The position numbers and the translations under genes are program-made. The notes beneath the pieces were generated by a model, which was not told where the DNA came from, made no database searches, and saw only the letters and a list, made by a program, of their open reading frames with translations. A stretch of 64,000 bases of DNA from Kiritimatiellia bacterium (lineage in GTDB: Bacteria; Verrucomicrobiota; Kiritimatiellia; CAIVKH01): assembly GCA_025054615.1 (NCBI GenBank), contig JANWZO010000006.1, forward strand, positions 7,596 through 71,595, in the 5' to 3' direction. Position 1 is the stretch's first letter. Every line of letters starts with the position of its first letter. Shown here piece after piece: positions 19,598-31,207 of the stretch.

Positions 19598-21351
19598 AGC
19601 CGATGACGACCGGCCGCGAATGGGCGACGTATCGGCGTCTGCTGGCGTTTGCACGGCCGTACTGGTTCCGCATTGTGGCCGGCGGTTTTTTTGGCGTGGT
19701 GTTTGGCGGATCCACCACCGCGCTGCTCGTGGCGCTGAAGAACACGCTCGCCCGCGTTTTCAATCCCGATGAATACTCTCTCGCGGCGGCTTTCGCCGTA
19801 GCCGTATCGCTGCCGATGATCGGGCTTGCCCGCGGGCTGGGATTCTACGCGAGCACCTATTTGCTGGAATGGGTGGGCAATCGCGTCGTGTTCGACCTGC
19901 GGGCTGCGATGTTTGCCCGGCTTCAGGAGCTTTCGATCGCCTTCTACGGCGCAAACCGCGCGGGCGACCTGATCTCGCGAACGACCAACGACACGCAGAT
20001 GGTCGAGCGCGCCGTGTCAACCGTGCTCGCCGACCTCGCGCGACAGCCTTTCACCTTTCTCGGACTGGTCGGATTTTTGCTGTGGCTGGACTGGAAATTG
20101 GCGGTGATCAGCCTCGCGTTGTTTCCGATCTGCATCCTTCCGGTCGCGCTGTTCGGGCGCCGCGTACGCCGGGCGTCGCGGGAAGGCCAAGAGCGCATGG
20201 CGGACCTCGTTTCCATCCTCGAGGAGACGATTGCGGGCGCGCGAATCGTCAAGGCGTTCGGCATGGAGCAGCGGGAAATTGCGCGATTTGTCGAGCGTAG
20301 CCGCGGCGTCTTTTCGCGGGCCATGCGCGTGACGCGCGCGCGTGCGGCGATCGAACCGATCATTGTGCTGATCTCGCTCGTCGGGTTCGGCCTGATCCTC
20401 CTGTATGCGCGATGGCGCGAGATGCGATTCGAGGAGTTCTTCACGTTCGGCGCCGCACTGGTCGCAATGTATGAGCCGGTCAAAAAACTCAGCCGGATTC
20501 ATTTGAACATCCAGCAGAGCTCGGCGGCGGCCGACCGCATTTTCGAGCTGCTGGACCAGCCGGTCCTCGTCCGAGAAAAGCCGGGCGCCCGCCCGCTTGC
20601 GGAGCCGATCGAACGAATCGCTTTCGAGCGCGTCAGTTTTGCCTACGGCGACAAACTCGTGCTGCAGGACATCGAATTTGAGGCGCGGCGCGGCGCATGT
20701 ATCGCGCTGGTCGGCGCCTCCGGTTCCGGCAAAACGACGCTCGTGAGCCTGTTGCCTCGCTTCTACGACGTGACCGGCGGCCGCATCACCATCAACGGAA
20801 CGGACATCCGCGAGTTCACGCTCGAGTCTCTACGCCGGCACATCAGCCTCGTCACCCAGGAAACGGTTCTCTTCAACGATAGCGTGGCCAACAACATCGC
20901 CTACGGATCGCCTTCCGCCTCGCGCGCGCAGATCGAGGACGCGGCCCGGCGCGCGCACGCGCATGAATTCATTTTGGAGCTGCCGGAGGGATACGACACG
21001 GTCATCGGAGACAGGGGCAGCCGATTGTCGGGCGGCCAGCGCCAGCGCCTCGCGATCGCCCGGGCCCTGCTGCGCGACGCGCCGGTTTTGATCCTCGATG
21101 AAGCGACGAGCGCGCTGGACACGGAAAGCGAGCGACTCGTGCAAGCGGCGCTCGATCGCCTGATGTCCGGTCGCACCGTGTTCGCCATCGCCCATCGGCT
21201 CTCGACCATCCAGCATGCCGACCTGATCCTTGTGCTGGAGCAGGGCCGCATCGCGGAACGGGGAACCCATGCCGAACTGATCGCGGCCGGAGGACTATAC
21301 CGGCGGCTCTATGACATGCAGTTCAATATGGCCGCCGCCCGCGATTCGTGA
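19594..21351 (+). CDS. msbA: MsbA-like ABC exporter (TMD+NBD)
   Basis: Six-TM domain, GASGSGKT, LFNDSV.NNI.YG, LSGGQRQR, LDEATSALD, AHRLST. Lipid A substrate is inferred. Confidence 0.85.
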   Translation: MKPMTTGREWATYRRLLAFARPYWFRIVAGGFFGVVFGGSTTALLVALKNTLARVFNPDEYSLAAAFAVAVSLPMIGLARGLGFYASTYLLEWVGNRVVFDLRAAMFARLQELSIAFYGANRAGDLISRTTNDTQMVERAVSTVLADLARQPFTFLGLVGFLLWLDWKLAVISLALFPICILPVALFGRRVRRASREGQERMADLVSILEETIAGARIVKAFGMEQREIARFVERSRGVFSRAMRVTRARAAIEPIIVLISLVGFGLILLYARWREMRFEEFFTFGAALVAMYEPVKKLSRIHLNIQQSSAAADRIFELLDQPVLVREKPGARPLAEPIERIAFERVSFAYGDKLVLQDIEFEARRGACIALVGASGSGKTTLVSLLPRFYDVTGGRITINGTDIREFTLESLRRHISLVTQETVLFNDSVANNIAYGSPSASRAQIEDAARRAHAHEFILELPEGYDTVIGDRGSRLSGGQRQRLAIARALLRDAPVLILDEATSALDTESERLVQAALDRLMSGRTVFAIAHRLSTIQHADLILVLEQGRIAERGTHAELIAAGGLYRRLYDMQFNMAAARDS

Positions 21352-21402
21352 ACAGGAGCCGGCACTCGGCGCCCTCGCGGGGTCGGACAGCGGAGCGGCA
21401 GC

Positions 21403-21888
21403 CTAATGAGGCGGCGGCTTGTCGGCGAGGGCGGCCTTGACCTCGTCGGTCAGATATTTCGCGTCGGTAAACGGCGGGGGGAACGGCGGCGCATCGGCCA
21501 TTTTGCGGCTCGCGTTCAACACGTCGCGCCGGCTGATCTGCCCCACCAGGCGACCGTTTTCCAAAACCGGGAGCCGCCGAAAGGTGTTGTTGAGAAAAAC
21601 TTGAGCGGCGTGAAAGATATCCGCATCCGGGCTGATGGTGACCACGTTGGTGTTCATATAGTCCTCAACGTCGCCCGGGTCCGAATGGTAAAACGCCGCA
21701 TTCGCGAAAACTCGCAAACAGTCTTTTTCCGAGAGCGTGCCGATCAGTTTTCCGTTGTCGTCCACTACAGGCGCGCCGGAAATGCGGTGCTTCAAAAGGA
21801 TGTCGATGGCCTCCCGGATCGGCATCCTGGGCCGCAAGGTCACCAAATTGGTGACCATAAAATCCCGAACAGTCGGCACTTTGCCCAT
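21403..21888 (-). CDS. CBS domain-pair protein
   Basis: VRDFM, ISGAPVVD..GKLIG.LSEKD, RRLPVLE.GRLVGQISRRD. Confidence 0.9.
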   Translation of the reverse strand: MGKVPTVRDFMVTNLVTLRPRMPIREAIDILLKHRISGAPVVDDNGKLIGTLSEKDCLRVFANAAFYHSDPGDVEDYMNTNVVTISPDADIFHAAQVFLNNTFRRLPVLENGRLVGQISRRDVLNASRKMADAPPFPPPFTDAKYLTDEVKAALADKPPPH

Positions 21889-21891
21889 GGA

Positions 21892-22874
21892 TCAATTCTC
21901 CTGCGCAGATGATAACGCTCCGCCATATAGGTGGCAACTCACCTTTTGCGGCATCCTGCTGACGACCGACAGGACCGGCCGCTCACGGGGGCAGCGGTCC
22001 ATCGCGAGCGGACAACGCGGGTGGAAGGCACAGCCCCCCGGCGGATTCGCCGGCGAAGGCGTCTCGCCGCGAAGCGCCAAACGCTCTCGTCTCTCCCGAC
22101 CGGGCACCGGAACGGCCGAAATGAGCGAGCGCGTGTAGGGATGTGCTGGTTGCTCGAGAACCGCCTCGGCCGGCCCCTCCTCGACGATCCGGCCGAGGTA
22201 CATGACCGCGATGCGATCCGCCAGAAAACGCACAACGTTGATGTCGTGCGTGATGAACAGGTACGAAAGTCGGTAGCGCTCTCTCAGGTCAATCAGCAAG
22301 TTAAGCACTTGCGCCTGCACCGACACGTCGAGCGCACTGACCGGCTCGTCGCAGATGACCAGCTCCGGCTTCAGTGCCAGCGCCCTTGCGATGCTGATGC
22401 GTTGCCGCTGCCCGCCGGAGAACTCAAAGGGGTACCGGTGCAGCGCGCTGGCGTCCATCCCCACGTCCTCCAGCAGCTTGCGCGCGGTCTCCTCGCGCGA
22501 TGTCTCCAGAAGGCCATGATGGGCCAGCGCCTCTGTCAACAGATCGACAATCGGCAACCGGGGATTGAGCGACGCAGCGGGGTCTTGAAAAACCATCTGG
22601 ATCTTGCGCTGCAGGACCGGCTCCCGGATCCCGGCGGGCAGCGGCGTCCCGCGCCAGAACATCTCACCCGCTCTCGGAATTTCCAGCCCGGCGATCGTCC
22701 GGCCAAGCGTCGTTTTGCCGCAGCCGGACTCGCCGACCACCGCCAGCGTCTCCCCCTCCCGAATCACGAGATCGACGTCGGTCAGCGCCTGAATGAAGCC
22801 GACCGTCCTCGACCACACGCCGCGGCGGATCGGATACCACGTGGTCAACCCCCGGACCTCCAGCAAGGGCGCGC

Positions 22875-22878
<4 letters not shown>
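21892..22878 (-). CDS. Oligopeptide ABC ATP-binding subunit (OppF/DppF-like)
   Basis: GESGCGKTT, FSGGQRQR, HPYT, GC.FHPRC; start GTG 22878 from GTGA overlap. Confidence 0.92.
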
Positions 22879-23929
<1,051 letters not shown>

Positions 23930-23933
<4 letters not shown>

Positions 23934-25525
23934 TCGAGCCTCGAATAGGGCTTGGGATCAAACGCCTGCCGCACGCCTTCCCCGATGAAAACGCCAAGAA
24001 GCATGACGACAAAGAGGGCCAAAGAGGGATAGAGCGTCAGCCACCATGCCCACGGATATTCCTGCGCCTGGGACAGCGCCTCACCCCAACTAGGCGTGGG
24101 AGGCGGCAATCCGAAGCCGAGGAAATCCAAAGCGGCCAGCGTCCCAATCGCGCTGACCAGCGAGAAGGGGAAAAAGGTGACGAGGGGAACCAGCGCGTTC
24201 GGAAGGATGTGCCGGAACATGATGCGCCACGCGGGCAGTCCCTGGGCCCTTGCCGCTTCGACGAACGGCCAGTGGCGCAAGCGCAGAAACTCCGCCCGCA
24301 TGTAGTAGGAAATCCCAATCCAATTGAAGAGCGCGTAACAGAACAGCAGTAGCTCGAAACTCCGGCCGTAGATAGACCCCATCAGGATCAAAATGTACAA
24401 AAACGGCAACGAATCCCAGATTTCGACGAGCCGCTGTCCCACCAGATCCGTGACCCCGCCCCGGTATCCCTGCAGCGCACCCACCAGAGTCCCCACGGCC
24501 ATCGAAGCGGCCACCAGCAACATGGAGAAGGTCATCGAGATCCGGAATCCATAGATCAGCCGCGCGAGGAGGTCGCGCCCCGCGCTGTCCAGCCCAAGCG
24601 GATGCCCCGCAACCGGGCGAAATGGAAATCGGATATCCTCGCGCTCCGCCCTCGCCGCATAGGGTCGCCCTTCGATCGAGATCTCCAGCGGATCCACCGG
24701 ACCCGAAAAGCGCCTCTCCGCAAGATCCAAAATCCGCGCACGATCGGACTCCCCGATCGATCGCCAGATCGGCGGCCATTCTCCAGATTCGGGCGCCAGC
24801 TCCCGGGTCAACGCCCAGCGCACCTCGCTGCGGCGCGAGGGCTCCTCGCGAAAGGTCAGGCGGACGGTCCGCGGCGGCGTCGCGCGAGGTGTGTACGCGG
24901 GCATCGAGATTTCGCACTCAAGTCCGTCCTTGCGCCGCGCGGGCGCCGAAATCGCGGCATCCGGCTGGTTCGCAAAACGCCTCTCCATCGCCTTCAGGAC
25001 CGCCTCCGGAACCACCCACCAGTCCGCAAGCCGCTGGCCTTCCTCGGCCCCATCCTCCCCGCCGAAGAAGTAGCCGGCGGACGTCCCCCGGGTCACCATG
25101 CCGTCCGGTGCGACGTTTACGCTGCCGACGCGCGCCCGCGGCGCGACCCGGAGCACAACCCGGTCCGGAAGTTGGATTCGTTCGGGCCGCACGATTTCAT
25201 ACGGGCCGTAGGGGTGCCATGCCCAGATCACGCGGTTCGACGGGTTGCCCGCGAATCGCTCGGAGCGCACAAACAATTTGTAATCCACCCGCGTGTCAGG
25301 GCCCTCGCCGAGAAGCGCCCGCTCGGTGTAGAAACGAAAAACGGGGAAAAAGTGACGTCCCTCAAACCGCAAATACAACGGGTTTGAATTGCAAAACAGC
25401 TCCGCCGCCAGGCTCAGCCCATAGGCCCCCGCGAGCAGGATCAGGGACCAGCGCGCCCGCCGCATCTCCCAAAAACGGCGGATCCGCCGCCGCGTGATCG
25501 GATGCAATCGCGCCAGCGGGCTCAT
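23930..25525 (-). CDS. yejE: Peptide ABC permease, YejE-like, with large extracytoplasmic insertion
   Basis: HPLGLD..GRD.LARL.YGFRIS, GALQGY.GG..D, RAEFLRLR, EAA loop, GFGLP...PSWG, FIGEGVR.AFDP. Confidence 0.8.
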
Positions 25526-26553
25526 GCGTGGAAATGGATCCGCGGGTCGATCAACACATAACAGAAATCCGACAGCACGCGGCCCACCAGACCCAAGACG
25601 GACGTCAGACTCAGGATCCCCATGAACAGCATGTAATCGCGGCTGATGATCGCCTCGAGACTCAGCAGCCCCATTCCGGGAATTTCAAATACGCGCTCAA
25701 TCAGGACAGACCCCGCGAACATCAGCGTCAACACACTGCCGAAGCCCGTCGCAATTGGAATCAGCGCGTTGCGCAGTGCGTGCCGCCAGACCGCGCGCCG
25801 GAAACTGCCGCCTTTGGCCAGGACCGTACGCACGTAATCCTGACTGATTTGTTCGAGCAGCGAATTCTTCATCAGTAGCGTCAACACCGCAAAATTTCCG
25901 ATCACGTAGCACAGCACCGGCAGGAACATGTGGCGCGCGATGTCCAGGACTTTCCCCCACCCATCGAGCGTGTGGAAATGCATCGAGTGGAACCCGCCCG
26001 CGGGAAACCAGTCGAACGCAAAATCCGTCGTGCCCGCAAAAAGACTTTTCAGCAACATGCCGAACGCGAACGCCGGAATCGCATAGCCGACAAACACCAC
26101 CACGCTCGACACCAGGTCAAACCCGCTGCCGTGCCGCATGGCCTTCGCGATCCCGAGCGGGATGCAAACCAGATACGTGAGAACGAACCCCGTGACGCCA
26201 AAGATCAGCGAAACCGGAAACCGCTCAAGGATCAACTGCCAAACGGTTTTGTTCGGATATTTGTACGATTCGACGGCCAGACCCATTCGGTCGGTCCAGA
26301 GCCACTTCCAGTACCGCTGCAGGATCGGCTTGTCGAAACCGAAATGCGCCTCGATCGCGCGGCGGTGTTCGGGGCTGATCGCTGCCGCGCCGCTCGCCCC
26401 CCTCGCGCCGTCCAACCCCCGCATTCGGATGATCGCCTGCTCGACCGGCCCACCCGGCACGAACTGGCAGAGGGCAAAACACACAAACGTGATCCCGACG
26501 AATGTCGGAACCACCAGGATCAGTCGCCGAATCAAATAACTCAAACGGTCCAT
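25522..26553 (-). CDS. yejB: Peptide ABC permease, YejB-like
   Basis: YLIRRL..VPT, QFVPGGPVEQ, FGFDKP, IPLGIAKA.RHGS.FD, LMKNS.LE, HALRNALIP. Confidence 0.85.
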   Translation of the reverse strand: MDRLSYLIRRLILVVPTFVGITFVCFALCQFVPGGPVEQAIIRMRGLDGARGASGAAAISPEHRRAIEAHFGFDKPILQRYWKWLWTDRMGLAVESYKYPNKTVWQLILERFPVSLIFGVTGFVLTYLVCIPLGIAKAMRHGSGFDLVSSVVVFVGYAIPAFAFGMLLKSLFAGTTDFAFDWFPAGGFHSMHFHTLDGWGKVLDIARHMFLPVLCYVIGNFAVLTLLMKNSLLEQISQDYVRTVLAKGGSFRRAVWRHALRNALIPIATGFGSVLTLMFAGSVLIERVFEIPGMGLLSLEAIISRDYMLFMGILSLTSVLGLVGRVLSDFCYVLIDPRIHFHA

Positions 26554-26588
26554 GTGCCGACTCGCCGCGCAGCCCGCTGACGCACTGC

Positions 26589-27605
26589 CTAGAAAAGCTC
26601 CGGCTGCCTCGCGCGCGGAGGAAGTCCAAATTTCTTGTAGCAGAGATCGGTGGCCACCCGACCTTGCGGCGTCCGCTTCAAATAGCCCTCCTGGATCAAA
26701 TACGGCTCGTATACCTCCTCAATCGTGCCCGCCTCTTCGCCCACCGAGACGGCCAGCGAATTCACGCCCACGGGCCCTCCGCCGAACTTGTGGACGATCG
26801 TCTCCAGAATCCGTTTGTCCATCTCGTCGAGACCGTGCTCGTCGATGTCGAGCATCGACAGCGCCTGGTCCGCCACCTCGCGCGTGATCCGGTTCCCGGC
26901 GCGGACCTGAGCATAATCGCGAACCCATCGCAGCAGATTGTTCGCGATTCGCGGAGTCCCGCGCGCCCGCTGCGCGATTTCCCGCGCGCCGGCCTCATCG
27001 ATGTCCACGTTCAGGATCCGCGCCGACCGCGTCACGATCTGCATCAGCTCCTCCGGCGTGTAGTAATCGAGCCGGTTCGCCAGCCCAAATCGGGAGCGGA
27101 GCGGCGCGGAGATCAGCCCGCTGCGCGTCGTCGCGCCGACCAGCGTGAATTTCGGCAGCGTCAGGCGGACCGACCGCGCGTTCGGGCCCTGGTCAATCAC
27201 GATATCCAGCACATAATCCTCCATCGCCGAGTAGAGATATTCCTCCACCGCCTTTGGCAGCCGGTGAATCTCGTCGATGAAGAGGATGTCCCCCTTCTGC
27301 AGATTTGTTAGCAGGCCCGCCAGCTCGCCGGCCTTCGTGATCACCGGGCCGGACGTCGCCTTGACGTTCACGCCCATCGCCTCACCGATGATGAAGGCGA
27401 GCGTCGTCTTCCCCAGCCCCGGCGGCCCGAAGAGCAGAATGTGGTCCAGTACGTCGCCCCGCCCGCGCGCGGCCGCCACAAACAGCTCCAGCCGCTCCCT
27501 CACCTTCGCCTGCCCAATGAAATCCGAAAACTTCGAGGGCCGCAGCGAGACGTCAAACTCCGTGTCCGCGCGGTTCAGCGTGTTGGTGATGAAGCGATCC
27601 GCCAT
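26589..27605 (-). CDS. ruvB: Holliday junction branch migration helicase
   Basis: [48 protein letters not shown]. Confidence 0.99.
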   Translation of the reverse strand: MADRFITNTLNRADTEFDVSLRPSKFSDFIGQAKVRERLELFVAAARGRGDVLDHILLFGPPGLGKTTLAFIIGEAMGVNVKATSGPVITKAGELAGLLTNLQKGDILFIDEIHRLPKAVEEYLYSAMEDYVLDIVIDQGPNARSVRLTLPKFTLVGATTRSGLISAPLRSRFGLANRLDYYTPEELMQIVTRSARILNVDIDEAGAREIAQRARGTPRIANNLLRWVRDYAQVRAGNRITREVADQALSMLDIDEHGLDEMDKRILETIVHKFGGGPVGVNSLAVSVGEEAGTIEEVYEPYLIQEGYLKRTPQGRVATDLCYKKFGLPPRARQPELF

Positions 27606-27725
27606 ACGTTCAGCCCGCGGATTCTACACGGACCGCCCCGTTTGGACACCGTTTTTGCGGCCCTTCATCGGTTTCCGCTGCTCCTCAAGCGCGCGGCGAG
27701 TCCGTCGGCCTGCCGGCCGGCGCCG

Positions 27726-27902
27726 ATTTTTCCATTCCATGGAAATTCTTCCCGAAATTTTTCCATGGCATGGAAATTTCCGCGAAAATTTTTCCATCGC
27801 ATGGAAATTTTCGCGCGAGTTTTTCCATGGCATGGAAAATTTTTTCAGCGATTTTCCATGGCATGGAAATTTTCTCCGGCGATTTTCCATACGATGGAAA
27901 AT
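27726..27902. repeat. Tandem array of six 17-bp palindromes TTTCCAT-N3-ATGGAAA at exact 31-bp period
   Basis: Cores start at 27729, 27760, 27791, 27822, 27853 and 27884; N3 = TCC, GGC, CGC, GGC, GGC, ACG; five different 14-bp linkers. Confidence 0.97.
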
Positions 27903-28004
27903 TTCCGGGCCTCGTTTCGGAATGGAGGGGCGATCATCAACGCATCTTTTCGGAAGGCCCGGCAAATCGCCGCCGGCGACGCGCCGCGCGGCGGGCCGTT
28001 CGGG

Positions 28005-28607
28005 TCAGCTCGCGCGCGAGAGCGCCTTACGGACGAGGTCCTCGACCGTCGCGGCGGGCCCCGACTCCGACAGCGCGGCCCGAACCATGGCGAGCGCCTC
28101 GGCCTGCTTGTAGCCGAGGGATACAAGGGCGAGCACCGCGTCGCGGGCGCGCAGGTCCTCCGCAGAGGGCGTGGCCGCGCCGGACACGGCCTCGAGCATT
28201 TCCCCTTCGGTCAGCTTGTCTTTGAGTTCCACGATGATTTTTTCCGCCGTCTTGCGCCCGATCCCTTTGACGGAAGCGAGTCGGCGGACGTCCTGCTCGG
28301 CGATCGCCGCCTTGATCTCGCGCACGGACAGGCCGCCGAGCACGCCGAGCGCCGTTTTGGGGCCGACCCCTGCCACCGTGCACAGCAGCCGGAAAATCCG
28401 ACGCTCCTCCTCGGCGGCGAAGGCGTAAAGCTCGTGCGCGTCCTCGCGGATGTGCAGCACGGTGAGGACCTTGCACGAGGCGCCCTCGGGCGGTAGCCGA
28501 TCGTAGCTGGAGAGCGGAATCCACGCCTCGTAGCCGACCCCGCCGACGTTGACCACGATTCGGCCCGGCTGCTTTTCCTCGAGGACGCCTTGCAGGAATG
28601 AAATCAT
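28005..28607 (-). CDS. ruvA: Holliday junction DNA-binding protein
   Basis: MISFLQG, VGGVGYE, IRED...LY.F, V.GVGPKTAL, GIGRKTAEKIIVELKDK, AL.SLGY. Confidence 0.98.
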   Translation of the reverse strand: MISFLQGVLEEKQPGRIVVNVGGVGYEAWIPLSSYDRLPPEGASCKVLTVLHIREDAHELYAFAAEEERRIFRLLCTVAGVGPKTALGVLGGLSVREIKAAIAEQDVRRLASVKGIGRKTAEKIIVELKDKLTEGEMLEAVSGAATPSAEDLRARDAVLALVSLGYKQAEALAMVRAALSESGPAATVEDLVRKALSRAS

Positions 28608-28693
28608 CGGGGGCGATCAAACCACGAACAGCGGGCGGTGGGAAGCCGCAACTCGCGCCGCCCGGCCGTGGAGGGCGCAGCGATTGAGCCGAG

Positions 28694-30229
28694 TCATGGC
28701 GCGTAGCGGCGAAGAAGGTCTAGCGCCTGTGCCCGTTCGCGCGCCTGCTGGGCTGCCGCCGGGCGACCCTGCAATTCGCGGACCACTGCCAGATTTGCCC
28801 AGGCTTCCGACTTGCCGGGCCGGCGGCGCACCGCCTCTTCCAGCCGCGCCGAGGCGGAGTCGAGGTCGCCTCGGCGTCCGTCGAGAATGGCAAGGTTGAT
28901 CAGTGCGGTGACGTCCTGCGGGTTGAGCAGATCCGCCCGCGCAAACCAGAGGGCGGCCGACTCCAGGTCGCCGCGCTCGAGCGCGGCCAATCCGAGCCAG
29001 GTGTGCGCGCGAGCGCTGCGCGGTTCGACGCGCAGGGTCGCGCGCCAGAGAGTTTCGTCATCTCGCCAGTCCTGCAGTCGGAGCTGGAGCAGGGCCAAGA
29101 AGGTCACAGCAAGTAGCGTCAGCCCCACGCGGACCCACGACCGGCTCAGAGGCAGAGAAGCCGCCAGCATCGCGAAACCAGGGATCATCGCGTAGGCATA
29201 CCGCTCGGCAAACGGGTTGAAGAGCGGCACGAGGTTCGAGACCGGCCCGAACTGCAGGGCGATCCAACCCATCCCAAGCGCTGCCAGCGGGACCCGTCGA
29301 CGCATCGCTACGGCTGCGCTGGCCCAAGCGACCGCGACGCCGACGGCCATAAGAAATCGCGGGGACATGATCGCGGCGACCGGCTCGATGACCCGGTCGA
29401 CGCAAAGCGGCCACGGGACTGCCATCAGGCCGAGGTAGCGAAGAAACAGATCTGGCGCCGTGAGGAGATTTTGCGGCCAACGAAGCGACAGGCCGTTCCA
29501 TTCGGTCCCCGTCGCCTGCGCGGGGCGGTAGGCGTAGGCCGTCGCGAACCACGCCGCAGCTAGCGCGAGCGCGACGGCAAACTCAGCCGCCATCCGTCCG
29601 CGACTCGGCCTTTCCGACGGAAATAGCCACCACACCAGCGCGGCGAGGAACGGCAGCGCGGCCGCGCTCTCCTTGGCGCCCAGCGCAAAGACCAGCGACG
29701 CCATCTGGAGCGCGACACGGATCCCGGCTTGGCGGATGCCGCCCGACGCTAGCGCAGCGAGCATTCCGAATAGCGCGAGGGCGTCCTCTCGGAACGCGGG
29801 CGATTGCACACCCTCGGAGGCGAGAGGATGTACGGCGAAAAGCAGCGCGGCCGCAAAGGCCCGCGCGTCCGCGCGCGCGTCGCCCTGACGATGGAGGACG
29901 CCGCGTAGCCAGGCAAAAAGCAGGGCCGCCGACGCGGCATGGACGATGAGGTTGGTCAGGCGATAGCGCCACGCTTCGCGGGCGCCGAGCGCACGGTCCA
30001 AAAGGATCGACAGAAGCAGCGTCGGCCGCTGGCCGTCGAGCACGCGCGGGTCGAACATCGTGCGCAGCGTCAGTGTTTGGCGCCAGGCATCCGGCGAATC
30101 CCAGAACCGATTTTCGACAAGGGCGCCATGATCGTCATAAACAAAGCCGTGAAAAAGGCCGGACGCGTAGGCCGCGAAGGCAACCACCGCAACGAGGCCG
30201 GCGGCGAACCGTGCCCGCGCGGGCGTCAT
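28694..30229 (-). CDS. TMTC-like GT-C membrane glycosyltransferase with C-terminal TPRs
   Basis: GFVYDD, RP, NL..H, FAVHP..SE.V...A.R, KE, AERY.Y, W.D..TLW, TPR tail; ATGA overlap with era stop. Confidence 0.8.
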   Translation of the reverse strand: MTPARARFAAGLVAVVAFAAYASGLFHGFVYDDHGALVENRFWDSPDAWRQTLTLRTMFDPRVLDGQRPTLLLSILLDRALGAREAWRYRLTNLIVHAASAALLFAWLRGVLHRQGDARADARAFAAALLFAVHPLASEGVQSPAFREDALALFGMLAALASGGIRQAGIRVALQMASLVFALGAKESAAALPFLAALVWWLFPSERPSRGRMAAEFAVALALAAAWFATAYAYRPAQATGTEWNGLSLRWPQNLLTAPDLFLRYLGLMAVPWPLCVDRVIEPVAAIMSPRFLMAVGVAVAWASAAVAMRRRVPLAALGMGWIALQFGPVSNLVPLFNPFAERYAYAMIPGFAMLAASLPLSRSWVRVGLTLLAVTFLALLQLRLQDWRDDETLWRATLRVEPRSARAHTWLGLAALERGDLESAALWFARADLLNPQDVTALINLAILDGRRGDLDSASARLEEAVRRRPGKSEAWANLAVVRELQGRPAAAQQARERAQALDLLRRYAP

Positions 30230-31179
30230 TTGACATACCCGAATTGTTTGAGGAGCCAGTAATTCTGGTCCCACTTCGGTTCAACCTTGACCCACAGGTC
30301 GAGGGAAACGGGGTGATCATAGATCGCCTGCAACTCGGTCTCCGCCGCGCGTCGCACTTTGCGCAGCAGACGACCTTTTTCGCCGATCACAATGCCCTTC
30401 TGGGAATTCTTTCTCACATAAATCAGCGCGCGGACACGCCAGGGGTCCGAGCTGTCGTCCAGCTCTTCAACCCAGACGGCGACGGCATGCGGCAGCTCAT
30501 CGCGCAGCTCTGCGAAGAGTTTCTCGCGGATGATGTCGGCGATGGCGAGCTTTCTCGGATAGTCGGTCAAGATGTCCTCGGGAAACAGCAAGGGCCCCTC
30601 CGGCACGGAGCGGAACAGCGTAGCGACCAGTTCATCGAGTCCCTGTCCGGTGACGGCGGAGACCTCGACCCAGATCGGCGAGGGCCTCTCCACGGCATCG
30701 AACGGTTTGGCGGCGGCCCACGACGCGCGCAGCTCACCGGCATAGCGGCCGCCGAGGTCCATTTTGTTGAGCGCCGCGACGATGGGGAGGGTTTCCTTGT
30801 GGAGCTTCTTCATCCAGCCAAGGTCCTCCTCGCGAGGCGGGGCGTGGGCGTCGAGGACAAGCAGCGCGACATCCGCTCCCTCGGCGGCGCTTCGGGCGAG
30901 CCGGTTCATCACGCGACCGAGGGGGCCGACCGCCTTATGGATGCCGGGCGTGTCATGAAAGACGAGCTGGCCGCGCGGATCGGTGAGAATACCCCGAACG
31001 ATGTTGCGGGTGGTTTGCGCGACCGGCGACACGATGCTGACTTTTTCTCCAAGAATCGCATTGAGCAACGACGATTTGCCGACGTTGGCGCGGCCGATCA
31101 GCGCGACTACGCCAGCGCGCGTGGTGGGGGTTGCCGGCGCGTTCGCAGCGTTGTCTAATGAAGTCGGTTCGTCGGTCAT
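30226..31179 (-). CDS. era: GTPase Era
   Basis: GRANVGKSS, QTTR, DTPG, NKMD, SA, IIREK, ELPH, SQKGIVIG..G KH domain; start at ATG 31179. Confidence 0.97.
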   Translation of the reverse strand: MTDEPTSLDNAANAPATPTTRAGVVALIGRANVGKSSLLNAILGEKVSIVSPVAQTTRNIVRGILTDPRGQLVFHDTPGIHKAVGPLGRVMNRLARSAAEGADVALLVLDAHAPPREEDLGWMKKLHKETLPIVAALNKMDLGGRYAGELRASWAAAKPFDAVERPSPIWVEVSAVTGQGLDELVATLFRSVPEGPLLFPEDILTDYPRKLAIADIIREKLFAELRDELPHAVAVWVEELDDSSDPWRVRALIYVRKNSQKGIVIGEKGRLLRKVRRAAETELQAIYDHPVSLDLWVKVEPKWDQNYWLLKQFGYVK

Positions 31180-31207
31180 TGGACTGGCGGCGAGAGGATA
31201 GTGCAAC

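Noticed and set aside
27726..27902. CRISPR array interpretation
   Set aside because: The 17-bp repeat has a variable centre, the 14-bp linkers resemble each other and are far too short for spacers, and there are no cas genes in the window.
27277..28496. ORFs with FHGME/FPWHG/FSMAWK peptide repeats crossing the array
   Set aside because: The period of 31 is not a multiple of 3 and the same peptides appear in several frames on both strands because the palindrome lacks stops. Most also overlap ruvA or ruvB. Treated as artefacts.
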